Origin: Octopus sinensis
Taxonomy: Eukaryota
Assembly (NCBI RefSeq): GCF_006345805.1
Contig: NC_043000.1
Location: 9,052,001-9,116,000 of the forward strand
DNA length: 64,000 nt
Reading direction: 5' to 3'
This document shows positions 1 through 11,242 of this stretch, piece after piece (the stretch's first letter is position 1; every line of letters begins with the position of its first letter). The notes under the pieces are model-generated. The model did no database searches. It was not told the DNA's origin and saw nothing but the letters and a program-made list of their open reading frames with translations. Position numbers and translations under genes: made by a program.

Positions 1-131
1 AACAATATGAATAACTATTAAATTTGACAGAGAAGGCTAAACGCTAAAGGGTTTAAGAAGCAACTAACTGGCACCCATTCAGTTTGGGGCAGAACAAAGC
101 CCTTGGGCAATCTATATCTGTAGGACTATTT

Positions 132-525
132 TACTCTCTTACTTCTTTCAGTCATATGACTGTGGCCATGCTGGGGCATCGCCTTTAGTCGAGCAAATCG
201 ACCCCAGGACTTATTCCTTGGAAGCCTAGTACTTATTCTATCGGTCTCTTTTGCCGAATCGCTAAGTTACAGAGACGTAAACACACCACCATTGCTGGGG
301 GTACAAACACAGACACACAAACATATACACACACGTACGTATATATACATATACATATATACGACGGGCTTCTTTCAGTTTCCGTCTACCAAATCCACTC
401 ACAAGGCTTTGGTCGGCCAGAGACTATAGTAGAAGACACTTGCCCAAGGTGCTACGCAGTGGGAATGAACCCAGAACCATGTGGTTGGTAAGCAAGCTAC
501 TTACCACACAGCCACTCCTGCGCCT
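132..525 (-). mobile_element. tRNA-derived SINE, family A (CORE-like box, CR1-type 3' tail), full length
   Basis: Minus strand reads GGCGCAGGAGTGGCTGTGTGGTAAG (A box)...GGTTCATTCCC (B box)...CACCTTGGGCAAGTG, then an internal microsatellite and the tail CCAGCATGGCCACAGTCATATGACTGAAAG. Many near-identical copies in the window. Confidence 0.9.
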
Positions 526-879
526 ATAAAAAGGACTGATAATAAAGCCAAAACAAATTGAGAAAATAAAGAACGAAACTTCAGTATTTTGAGTAAGTGA
601 AACGAATATGCTTCTATAATTTGTCCCTTGATTGTATGTATTAACTTTACACAAATCTTTAGTTTACAAACATATATTGTTACAGATTCTAGTAATTGCT
701 ATAAATTAACCATTGTTTTAGTTTGGGTGCAGCAAGAAACCCGAGTAATATTCAGATGTTTCCAGAATATTAATTGAGGTTTGTCATTCATTGCGGTTTG
801 AACACAACAGCTTTGTTTTGACTCACGCCTAGACTTAATTCGTAAGAAAAGGAGTGGTAGGTATCTTTAACCGGTCTCC

Positions 880-965
880 TATCAGTTTGGTAGGTATATC
901 ATCATCATCATCATCATCATCGTTTAATGATGATGATGATGATGATATACCCTACCAAACTGATA
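880..965. repeat. Short palindrome centred on an RTE (CAT)n/(GAT)n tail
   Basis: TATCAGTTTGGTAGGTATATC(ATC)n GTTTAAT (GAT)nATACCCTACCAAACTGATA; the unique parts of the arms are reverse complements with one extra C. Confidence 0.9.
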
Positions 966-1417
966 TATATATATATATATCTCAGCTTTTGAATCATGTA
1001 ATAATAATACATCGAGTGGCGAGAAACATATACATATCTGTTTCGCTTACTCGGAATATCCAAGTCTATTTATGGAGTTTCCCTGGGGTGGGTTTCGTTA
1101 TCAGATTCACGAGTCTATTTACTTAAACCCCAAGGATCACCAATTTTTGCAATATGATTGATGCAAGTTGCTTCATTTAGTAGGTGATGTGCTATATTTC
1201 TTTTGGTAGCCAAATATATTTTGGTAGGTTGCATTGTTCCTAGAATCAAATGTAATTGATTAAAATTTCAACGCTTTAAAAATACAAATAAACAAATACT
1301 TTGCTTTTATTTTATTTACAGTTTCTAAACTTTCCTTAAATTTCTTAAAAGTTTTCGACCGCTTTTTCTTATGCTAATGGAGATTGTTACTTTCTTCGGA
1401 AATGCAGAAAATTAAAA

Positions 1418-1444
1418 TCTATATATATATAAACAGCAAAATGT

Positions 1445-1481
<37 letters not shown>

Positions 1482-1804
1482 TTTATACAAATCCACAATT
1501 TTTCAATTAGAGGGCTTGCACTTTCTATGGTCATTTAAAACCGTCCAAGGGTGGTCTTGCATATCTTTACATCTCCCCAGTCCCCCCGCAAAGCCATTAA
1601 GAAGTCAATAGAAGTGACTTTTTTGTGAATTTTCTATCCAAAACCCAATCAAAATGACCGAAACTTGGTACGCCAATTGAATGCCAGCTAGCTGTATGTG
1701 ACTGGTCAGAGATTTGGACAGTACTCGCGTGGATGTTCGCATGCACGCAGCTGTATATGCATGCACTAGCACTAAGACCCGGCATTGCCGGGTCATAGTG
1801 CTAG
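1418..1804 (+). mobile_element. Non-autonomous Helitron
   Basis: 5' TC after an A, internal (GT)n, subterminal hairpin GACCCGGCA-T-TGCCGGGTC, 3' CTAG followed by T, no TSD. Confidence 0.8.
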
Positions 1805-1849
1805 TATATTATAATTACTGAGAGATTAACTTTCATTAATGACATAAAC

Positions 1850-2076
1850 CAGCAATCCCCAACGTTTTTTTTATCTTTTTTAACCAGGAACCGATATCAT
1901 GCAAGACGAGAAGACAATGCACATAACAAAACACAACCAAGTGTATAATGTACAACAAAATCATTACATATATAATGCAAAAAATATCTTGCAGACAACG
2001 GTAGTCAAGAACAGAAATAATTTCTTTTTTTAAATTTATTTTCTATGCAAGCCATTGGTCAGGATTAGGGACCCTG
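1850..2076. mobile_element. Old hAT/Charlie-like MITE
   Basis: Termini CAGCAATCCCCAA...TTAGGGACCCTG; degenerate 8-bp flanks ACATAAAC/ATGCAAAC. Confidence 0.45.
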
Positions 2077-2114
2077 ATGCAAACAACTGTCGTGGCTTCA
2101 GTATTTCAGTTGCA

Positions 2115-2309
2115 TTTTCACAAACCAACTCGCCCGAGACCTAACATGGTCCTCTCATAGAAACTTCCCGTTTTAAATATGATCTACCAAAATTACATAC
2201 TAATTTATGTCCTAAGCACTAGCTTCATAAAGATAGAGTTATTTTACTAGGTTCTTCATTGTTTACAAAATTGGTGATACTTTTTAGCAGAAATATGGTA
2301 ACAAAAGGG
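2115..2309 (-). mobile_element. piggyBac-like MITE (family also at 25221 and 29990)
   Basis: Ends GGTAACAAAAGGG|TTGA; body matches the copies at 25221-25419 and 29990-30174. Confidence 0.45.
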
Positions 2310-3122
2310 TTGAGAGGTTTTCCCCCATTGCATATTAACTGGAAATAAGATTTTGAATCAATGATAAGTAAACAAATCGGCTTTAATTTCTTCGCAATAT
2401 GAAACTTCCGAGTTGAAATCACAACAAAATGTAAATTAACGTATTTCAGAATAGCTATCTTCGTCTTCTCTAAGAGAGTTATTTCGTCTTTGAGATAGAG
2501 AGAGAAAGAGAGATTTCGTCTTCTCTGAGATACAGGAAAAGAGAGATTGACAAACAGTAATTAATATAAATTATTTACGAAGTCACTTCCACAAAAGGGT
2601 TAAGAGCAAATCAATGAAAAAAAAAACACATGTTGCGTGTTTAAAAGAGGACTACCCAGAAAAACAGATGTTGCCGAAGTCGAATGTCATAGAATCAATG
2701 TTATCTTAGAGACGGATCTATAGGAAAAAATTCACATGCATCACATGACAAGCTATACGATGACATATCAGATCCATAAACAAGAGCCATACACATAAAA
2801 TAAAAATCATCCACATGCACAATGCTTTTTTAAGTTCGACATGTGTTAAGTTAAGCAAGAACATTATTATGAATGTTTATTTATTGCAGTCCCACTCGTG
2901 TTTGTTTATCATGGATGAGACTTCAATAAACACGTCTTGCAGCCTTTGAAACACAATGAAGGAGGAATAAGTAGTATATGTAGTTAAGCGGAGCTTAAGT
3001 AAACACCAAGTTGAACCAATTAGTTGATTCATTAGAAATATTTCTTTTTACATTTTTTAATCAACGTGTGTTTAAAGTACCGTGAAGAAAAAAAGCATTT
3101 AACGTTTTCCAAACGAAACATA

Positions 3123-3490
3123 GGCGCAGGAGTGGCTGTGTGGTAAGTAGCTTGCTTACCAACCACATGGTTCCGGGTTCAGCCCCACTGCGTGGCACCT
3201 TGGCCATGTTTCTTCTACTACAGCCTCGGGCTGACCAAAGCCTTGTGAGTGGATTTGGTAGACAGAAACTGAAAGAAGCCCGTCGTATATGTGTGTGTGT
3301 GTGTGTGTCCTCCCAACATCGCTTGACAACCGATACTGGTGTCTTTACCTCCCCGTAACTTAGCGGTTCAGCAAAATAGACCGATAGAATAAGTACTAGG
3401 CTTACAGCGAATAAGTCCTGGGGCTGATTTGCTCAACTAAAGGCGGTGCTCCAGCATGGCCGCAGTCAAAATGACAAACAAATACAAGAA
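3123..3490 (+). mobile_element. SINE family A, full length
   Basis: Same head, (GT)n centre and GGCGGTGCTCCAGCATGGCCGCAGTC tail as 132-525. Confidence 0.9.
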
Positions 3491-5390
3491 AAAATACCTC
3501 GTCTCTGTGCCCATTGACACCCTAAACATAATTCTATTCATTAGTTTATGTATGTCTTCACTATTCATTGTCCAAGTGGGTTTCTCGCAAATGGTTAAAG
3601 CATCGGGAAATATCCTTCACGACGTTCGTTCCAGTTCTTTACGTTGCAATCCCGCAGACATCAACTTAGTCTTTCATCTTGCCTCCGGGTTCAATAAAAT
3701 AAAATGAAATAAAAATGCCATTCGTGTACCAAGACCCATCTCTTCAAAATTGTTAGCCTTGACCTAAATCAGAACTCTAATTCATATAATCATACAACCG
3801 TTATTAATTGCCATTATTTTTGCTGTATCTGATATTGTTTAGTCCTATGTTAGTCGTAACTAATGACTAAAGCCATTCCAATCTTGATCAGCTAGTCTTA
3901 AAAAAAAACACAAGATTAAAAAAAGAAAGGCATTCGATTTTTACTCCGAGTTGCCAAAACTCAAAACAATGTTCTGGTCCAAGCGAATATACAACTACAG
4001 ACAGTGGAAGCCGTTTATTATAATCATGAATGATGCTGTTAACCAGTTATTATCAGCAGAATTGAAAGATGTGAAATTCTTTATTTGCTTAATATCATCA
4101 GCAAATGATTAATTACCATTGAAACACCATCATCACAGTGATCGCAATAAGCGGCTCCCCGCTGTTTCTTTAGCGAAATGTCACATGAGACAGAGAATGA
4201 TTTGCTGTTGTTTAACCCTAGGTCAGCCCTCATCGAATAAACTTGTGAACAAATACATTCCAACCGTGACTGTGCATCCAGTACTACATTAATGTATCTT
4301 TTCATTAAGACACTAAGTGAGGGGAAAAGGTCGTCCAAAGGAAACTAAACTACTATTTCTAGCAAATTGAATGACCACATAGGTCCCTTCATAAACTCAA
4401 AACCCTCCACGTAGTCGCCTCGCCCTAAATATTCCGATAATGAAAATCTCGTTTATTAGGGTTATGTATAAAACTAAATTATCTAATATTCGCTTTATTT
4501 TATATGGTAGCGATTTGAAGGAGACTTGACTGATATTTCTAGGAGGTCGAGTGACTGCCAAAAAAAATAAATAAATAAAAAGGAAAAAAAGAAAAGCTAT
4601 TTTGCTAACATGTCAAATGGAACCCGTTTCTATATATGCCTCCCACTTAAATTCCCTAAGTTTTCAATTTAATTTTGTAACGGAAGTTTGACACAAAACT
4701 TCACATAACAAACAAAAAATAGTAATTTTTTTTCCGACATTGTCACTTCTCAAAAGAGAACGAGTTGAATAAAAAAAAATGTTTTTTTCTAATTCGTCAG
4801 TAGCAGCAACTCAATCGTTTTTTGTTTTGTTGTGTTTGGGTTTTTTCAGATTTCTTTTTAAATTTTTCCGAGCAATGGATTTCAATCGAATTATTACTGA
4901 AAGCGGAAAGTCCGATCAATAAGGATCAATCAATAAATAGATTACTGATTGATTTCTTCTTTTCTAGCGACTGTTTTAGATAACATGTATCACGAGATCA
5001 CTGAGGCCACCCTTCTCCCATTTCTTTGACTCATCACAAGTGAAGAGGTTGTTAAGAGAGTAAAAATTGCTAAGTCACATCGGTAGCTTTCCTTCAGTGA
5101 TTCAAGTTCTTATTGAAGCGACATCATCGCAAGAAAATTTAGGAAGTAAATTTGTCAATGAAGCATTTTGTCATCATCGGTAGTGTCATTAATCATCACC
5201 TGTAGCTCTGTTGGTCGGTGGGAGACGGATGAATAACCGGTTTAAATAATTTGAGAAGAGTAACTTGTACCGTTCGCCACTCCTTAGCTTTCTTCATGCC
5301 CACACAAAAAGTGGAACACAACACTGTAACCTTTATAGTTCTTCCACTGCACTGAACAGGTAACCTGCGATATCCGTTTACAGTTTATGT

Positions 5391-5710
5391 CAGGGGTTCT
5401 CAACTGTTTTTTATTTATGAACCCCTTTGACTATTTTATTCTAGGGGACCCCCATTGCCATTCGATGTTTAAAAACTAGTTATAGAAATACTTGTTTCAA
5501 AATTCCTATTTTGCTTTTCACACATTAATTTGTGTAGGTTGAACTATGTAAAATGGTAGAGAAAAACAAAACCTAGCTGTTTCTTGCAGTACATATATCT
5601 AAAGCAAAATTGTTTCAGGGGCTCTTAAAATAGTATTTTGGATCCCTTATTTACTATTTTATTGCGTGGACCACCAAAAATCTTATATGGACTCGGGTTG
5701 AGACCTGCTG
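5391..5710. mobile_element. hAT/Charlie-like MITE
   Basis: TIRs CAGGGGTTCTCAAC / GTTGAGACCTGCTG; 8-bp TSD GTTTATGT/GTTTAGGT (7 of 8). Confidence 0.8.
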
Positions 5711-6118
5711 GTTTAGGTGGACTGATCCAATGACAGTGAAGCGTCGTAGATACACGCATAAGGCAATATGGATGACAGGGCCAAACCCAATAAACCTCAA
5801 AACTGATTAGCTGCTACACAATCCACAAGGACATCAACGGGTTCTAAAGGACAAAAACAAAAGCGTTTTCGGTCCTTGTGATAGGTAAAAGCAACAGCTT
5901 TCAGTCAAAGCATAAACTGACAAGAAGTATTAGAAAGGCAAATTTTAGCTGAGCGAACTTATAACGAGAACTAAACTGTTTTACCCACAAAGGTATAATA
6001 AGCTTCCCAAAACGGAAAACAAACCAACGACTTAACGATCAAGATTCCTATGGTCTAACCACAAAGCTAGGCACCTACCAGAGCAGTTAGGTTGTACAGT
6101 TTGACACAACATGGAGAG

Positions 6119-6410
6119 CGACAGCTGCGGGGTACGAGTGACTAACTATTGCAAAATGAACAAAAGTTAGTTAATAATGGAAGTAGTGGAATAAGATACA
6201 GTTTTGCAGACATAAACTAACATTCGCTCGAAATCATCATCATCATCATCATTTAGCGTGGAGAACGGACGCTAAATGATGATGATGATGATGATGATTT
6301 CGAGCGAATGTTAGTTTATGTCTGCAAAACTATCTTATTCCACTACTTCCATTATTAACTAACTTTTGTTCATTTTGCAATAGTTAGTCACTCGTACCCC
6401 GCAGCTGTCG
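6119..6410. repeat. Near-perfect palindrome (~140-bp arms, 9-nt loop) centred on an RTE 3' tail
   Basis: Arms 6119-6259 and 6269-6410 are reverse complements apart from a 2-nt indel and one CAT unit. The centre GGAGAACGGACGCTAAAT(GAT)n is the RTE tail seen at 17734-17772. Confidence 0.95.
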
Positions 6411-6619
6411 GTGGGAAAAAAAATAAAGAAAAGAAAAGTAAAAATGGCTGTAAGATAAGCAAGCACATATGTCAAATAGATCAGACAAGGAATAAATTGA
6501 GTTTAAGAAGAATTATTAACCTCATATTTCGTATTCCCGTCTCTTATTTTATACACTATGCTGCTTTTCAACCTAGTGAACCATGTATGTGTGGAAGTGA
6601 GTGTACAGACAAACATACA

Positions 6620-6931
6620 CAACCAACCACATGGTTCCGGGTTCAGTCCCACTGCGTGGCACCTTGGGCAAGTGTCTTCTAATATAGCCCCGGGCTGACC
6701 AATGCCTTGTGAGTGGATTTGGTAGACGGAAACTGAAAGAAGCCTGTTGTATATATGTATATATATGCGTGTGTGTGTTTGTGTGCCTGTGTTTGTCCCC
6801 GATGCTGGTGTGTTTACGTCCCCGATAGAATAAGTACTGGGCTTACAAACAATAAGTCCCGGGGTCGATTTGCACGACTAAAGGCGGTGCTCCAGCATGG
6901 CCGCAGTCAAATGACTGAAACAAGTAAAGGA

Positions 6932-6932
<1 letters not shown>
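6620..6932 (+). mobile_element. SINE family A, 5'-truncated
   Basis: CCAACCACATGGTTCCGGGTTCAGTCCC...CAGTCAAATGACTGAAACAAGT. Confidence 0.85.
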
Positions 6933-6994
<62 letters not shown>

Positions 6995-7170
6995 AATAAT
7001 TTTCGGCAGTATTATTTGTGACTCATGCGGGAGAAATTCTGGAGGGAGATACGAATTCACTTGTCTATATAAATGTGGATATGCTGATTAGCTTCTGTAT
7101 GTCCGATGTCGCCTGGTCGGAAATATGGAGGGTAAGATTTCCTAGCATTTCTAGATTTATTTATCGGAAT

Positions 7171-7230
7171 ATTATGTTGATGAAGGAAATGAATCCCAGA
7201 TTCTAATCCAGAAACGTATACGTCCATAAT
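7171..7230 (+). ncRNA. Type I hammerhead ribozyme-like motif (C3U core variant)
   Basis: Stem I ATTATG/CATAAT; core TTGATGA; stem II GGA/TCC with inner GAATC/GATTC hairpin; GAAA; palindromic stem III ACGT-AT-ACGT; GUC triplet. Confidence 0.6.
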
Positions 7231-7436
7231 TGACCGGACACTGTTTGATTTCGTTGTTTTTCTTCGTTTTTTTGCCATAGTGAGTTACAAATACTGTTGT
7301 CTGTGGGACATATTTTTGTAGTAAAAGAAATAACAGTCGTCTGGCTACTATTTCTAATACTTTCGGTATGTGGTCCAGCAACTTGTTGCAAAGACCCTCA
7401 TTGTTATAATTATATATATATACCGCTCGATATATA

Positions 7437-7510
<74 letters not shown>

Positions 7511-8374
7511 CACACACTGTTGAATTCAGTTTCAATAAACTATATACTCTTCAGTTCTCTTCATCAGCGGTGCGACACACTCCGACTCCCAACATGTGTC
7601 TTCTATATGAGACAGACAGATGGATCGTATCATAAAATTGTGGGACTGCGGTTCCCACTGACAAGCTGCTGTCAAGTGTAAATAGTAGCTACTTAACGTT
7701 ACGCTTTCAAATTTTTGGTGGTCAAAATTGTGACGCCGCTATAGAGTAGGGGTTACCACAGCTATACAGTTTAAGACATCAGACGAAGCCAGCAAGGCAA
7801 GGGGGCTGCTGCGAGTGTCGCTGGCCATTCTCCGCAGCAACGCCTTTGCAATCATATCTGCGAGACGCGGCTAAATACATTTGTTCTGCGAGTGTACAAC
7901 CGGTTACACTCTCCCATCCCATCTTCTGCTTAAACGCCTTCTTATTTTTTTCTTTGTTTCTTTGGTGAGGTAGTTATGGGTTTTTTTATTCTCCCGATAA
8001 TTTGATCTTTTATACTTTAAAATTTTTTTTCTTCCTGTAAAAAAATTATGACTCAATATTGTAATCCAGATCCCAACCCAAGTTCTTGTCTTTTATATAT
8101 AGCTAGGTACACGTGTGTGTGTGTGTGTGTGTGTAAAGAGTCCTGCCGATTCATTTGATAAAACGGTACTTAAGAACCTATAGCAACTTCTCATGAATCT
8201 AACAAATTTACACGAACAATGCATGTGTGTATTTATCGTAGAATTGGTGGGGGTTTTTTTTAAGCTTTCGCCTTCATTTTTATCAAGCAGTATTTTTTAC
8301 CCTTCTTTTATTCAAATATTTCATATTATACCTGTTTAGGTAGAAATCTTGCTAGCCACCCCATTGAGGCACAT

Positions 8375-8671
8375 GAAATTGTTGTCGTGGCCGATGACAG
8401 TACCACCTGATTGGCACTTGTGCCAGTGGCACATAAAAAGCACCAATCGAGCATGATCGTTGCCAGTGCCGCCTAACTGGCTCCTGTGCTAGTGACACGT
8501 AAAAAGCATCGTCCGAGCGTGGTTGATACAAGTGTTGGGTGACAGGTCCTGTGCCGATGGCATGTAAAAAGCACCCACTACGCTCTCGGAGTGGTTGGCA
8601 ATAGGAATGGCATCCACTGGTAGAAACTTTGCCAGATCAGATTGGAGGCTGGTAGAGCTTCCATAGCCAAG
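8375..8671 (+). mobile_element. RTE-clade LINE 3' UTR fragment
   Basis: Repeated GGCACGTAAAAAGCACC-type units then CTCGGAGTGGTTGGC...GTAGAAACTTTGCCAGATC, homologous to 36800-37000. Confidence 0.75.
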
Positions 8672-8989
8672 CCAGTCACCAGATATGAACACTATAGAAT
8701 ACATCTGGCGGGACAGGAAATTTCATAGACTAAATGAGAAAGCATCTGCAAAGCCAGATCTTTTAAGATTACAGCATGAAACTTGGCAAGAAATTCCTCA
8801 AAAGAATATTCGTCATCTGATCAGTAAGATGCTTAACAGGGTCCTTGCCTTGAAAAACGCAAAGGGCATGTCAACTAAATATTAAATATTCACATTATAA
8901 CGACTAACAAATAATTTGAATCTATAATTTGAGATTTAAATAAATTTTGATGATTATAAGTTTGTCTATTTACTTCTGTCATGTCTGTA
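8672..8989 (+). pseudogene. Tc1-family transposase C-terminal fragment with 3' TIR
   Basis: QSPDMNTIEYIW (SPDLNPIE motif) ... LKNAKGMSTKY*; element ends ...CATGTCTG|TA. Confidence 0.8.
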
Positions 8990-9129
8990 TATATGCATAT
9001 ATATACATATATTTATATATATATATATGCACATATATATACATATATGTATATATATGCATATATATACATATATGTATATATATATATGCATATATGG
9101 CACCTTGGGCAAATGTCTTTTACTACGTT

Positions 9130-9356
9130 TACAGTGATCAAATGCTTGTGCATAGCATTACCTCACTGTCTCCATCAAATCGATGTTGTCAGAACATATG
9201 CACAATGTACCACGCATCAGGTGTCAAAGTGATCATAGAGCAACATGACATGAAGTGTTTGGCTCAAGAAAACAATACACCACCCAGTCTATGATTTGAA
9301 ATCGCGATCACTAGATCACAAGTGCCACACCCTAACCACTAGGCCAGGGGCCCTCA
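9130..9356 (-). mobile_element. tRNA-derived SINE (degenerate, CORE-like)
   Basis: Minus strand GAGGGCCCTGGCCTAGTGGTTAGGG...TTCTTGAGCCAAACACTT. Confidence 0.6.
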
Positions 9357-9944
9357 TAATAATAATAATAATAATAATAGTGCTGGTGGCACGTAAATGC
9401 AACCATTATACTCTTAGAGTGGTTGGTGTCAGGAAGAGAATCCAGTCATAGAAAACCAGGCCAAATCAAACTGAAATCTGGTGCAGCTTTCCAGCCATGC
9501 CAGTATGGACAACAGATGTTAAATGATGATGATGATGCGATACACATATATACATACACACACACACATCTGATTCCTTCTCTCCCTCTCTCTCTTGGTC
9601 ACTGCTTCTTCTCTGATTCCTTCTCTCCCTCTCTCTCTCGGTCACTGCTTCTGTCCTCGCCTTCCACCCTCCTTGGTCCCCTCTCTCTCTTACCCTCTTG
9701 CGACTTGCTGCCTCAGCCATTCTGTTGCCATTGGCCGCTTGTTCAACATGTGTCTTATCACCAAAAAGGTAATTATTTTTCCACGCTTGCTGATATTGTT
9801 TTTGTGTCTCTCTTTTTGTCTCAAAGCCGTAGGGCGCCTGTGTCATCCTTGTTTTTAACCGTTATTGTCTCCAAAAAAGATTTTTCGTTTCATGTTCGTC
9901 TCTCTTGCGTTGCATTCTTTCCTTCTGTGGCTGGCTGCTTCAGA

Positions 9945-10012
9945 GCGGATCTCAGAATTAAACAGCCGAAATCTGCGATGAGGGATCAGTTTCTGACTGA
10001 AGAATGAAGGCT
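9945..10012 (+). ncRNA. Non-circularly permuted hammerhead-like motif (copy 1)
   Basis: GCGGAT-C-TCAGAA ... AGCC-GAAA-TCTGC ... TTCTGA-CTGAAGA-ATGAA-GGCT; stems TCAGAA/TTCTGA, GCGGAT/ATCTGC, AGCC/GGCT. Confidence 0.65.
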
Positions 10013-10087
10013 TTGAATGACCCGTTTGTCTTTTTGTTCGTCCCTTCGTGTATTTCACGTTATTTATTTATGTAAAGGTTTATTATA

Positions 10088-10131
<44 letters not shown>

Positions 10132-10260
10132 TATAAATGCACATGTATACATATACACACACAGAAATACACACATATACAAGTATATTCATTCATATGG
10201 ATCTTTATCTGTGAATATATACATACTAGTATATAAGCGTAAATAAGAATATGTGTATAT

Positions 10261-10306
<46 letters not shown>

Positions 10307-10401
10307 CTGAGGATCTACAAAAATAGACAGGAGACAGATTGTGTGATGCAATTAGGTTGCAGCTACTTGAAAAATGTTTATGTGCTGTATGTATGATTAT
10401 A

Positions 10402-11197
10402 GATGCAGGTGTGGCTGTGTGGTAGAAAGTTTGCTTCCCAACCATATGGTTCCAAGTTCAATCCCATCGTGTGGCATCTTGAGGAAGGACCATCCCTTAT
10501 AGCTGCAAGCAACCAAAAGCTTTCTGAAAGGATCTGGCAGATGGAAATTGAAAGAAACTCATCATACATGGATGTGTGTACTTGTCATCATGTGTTAGTT
10601 GTAAATGACAGTCACTCGCACATAAGCAGCGTCATTCATTTCCAATATTCAGCAAGATCATATTTGGCCATAGGGAAACATTAGCTTACTCTTTTACTTG
10701 TTTCATTCATTTGACTGCGGCCATGCTGGAGCACCACCTTTAGTCGAGCAAATCGACCCCCAGGACTTATTCTTTGTAAGCCTAGTACTTATTCTATCGG
10801 TCTCTTTTGCCGAACCACTAAATTACGGGGATGTAAACACACCAGCATCAGTTGTTAAGTGATGTTGGGGGGACAAACACACTCACATATATATATATAT
10901 ATATATACACGAAGGGCTTCTTTCAGTTTCCATCTACCAAATCCACTCACAAGGCATTGGTCGGCCTGGGGCTATAGCAGAAGACACTTGCCCAAGGTGC
11001 CACGCAGTGGAACTGAACCTGGAACCATGTGGTTGGTAAGCAAGCTACTTACCACACAGCCACTCCTGTGCCTAGCTTGCTTAGAAACAGGTGAGGGTTG
11101 TCAGCAGGAAGTGCACCTGACTAGAAAATCTGCTTCATATAAACTCAGTCCCACTAAACAAGCACAGAAAAGTGACCATTAAATGATTATCATGATG
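10402..11197 (+). mobile_element. SINE with family-A head and RTE-type tail, interrupted by another SINE
   Basis: A head at 10402-10565; tail GAGGGTTG..CAGGAAGTGCACC..TAGAAAATCTGC..ATTAAATGATTATCATGATG resembles the RTE 3' end. Confidence 0.65.
10688..11072 (-). mobile_element. SINE family A, full length, nested
   Basis: Complete head and CR1-type tail; flanked by direct repeat TAGCTT (10682-10687, 11073-11078). Confidence 0.9.
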
Positions 11198-11242
11198 ACT
11201 GTGTTTGTGTGTGTGCTCGTTTATATATATACACACACACAC

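Noticed and set aside
3123-3195. tRNA gene (also heads at 38135 and 41350-41426)
   Set aside because: A/B boxes are present but continue into SINE bodies found in many copies; no complete cloverleaf.
7780-7805. Hammerhead-like CAGACGAAGCC..GGC
   Set aside because: Both core boxes are broken and there is no stem I or III.
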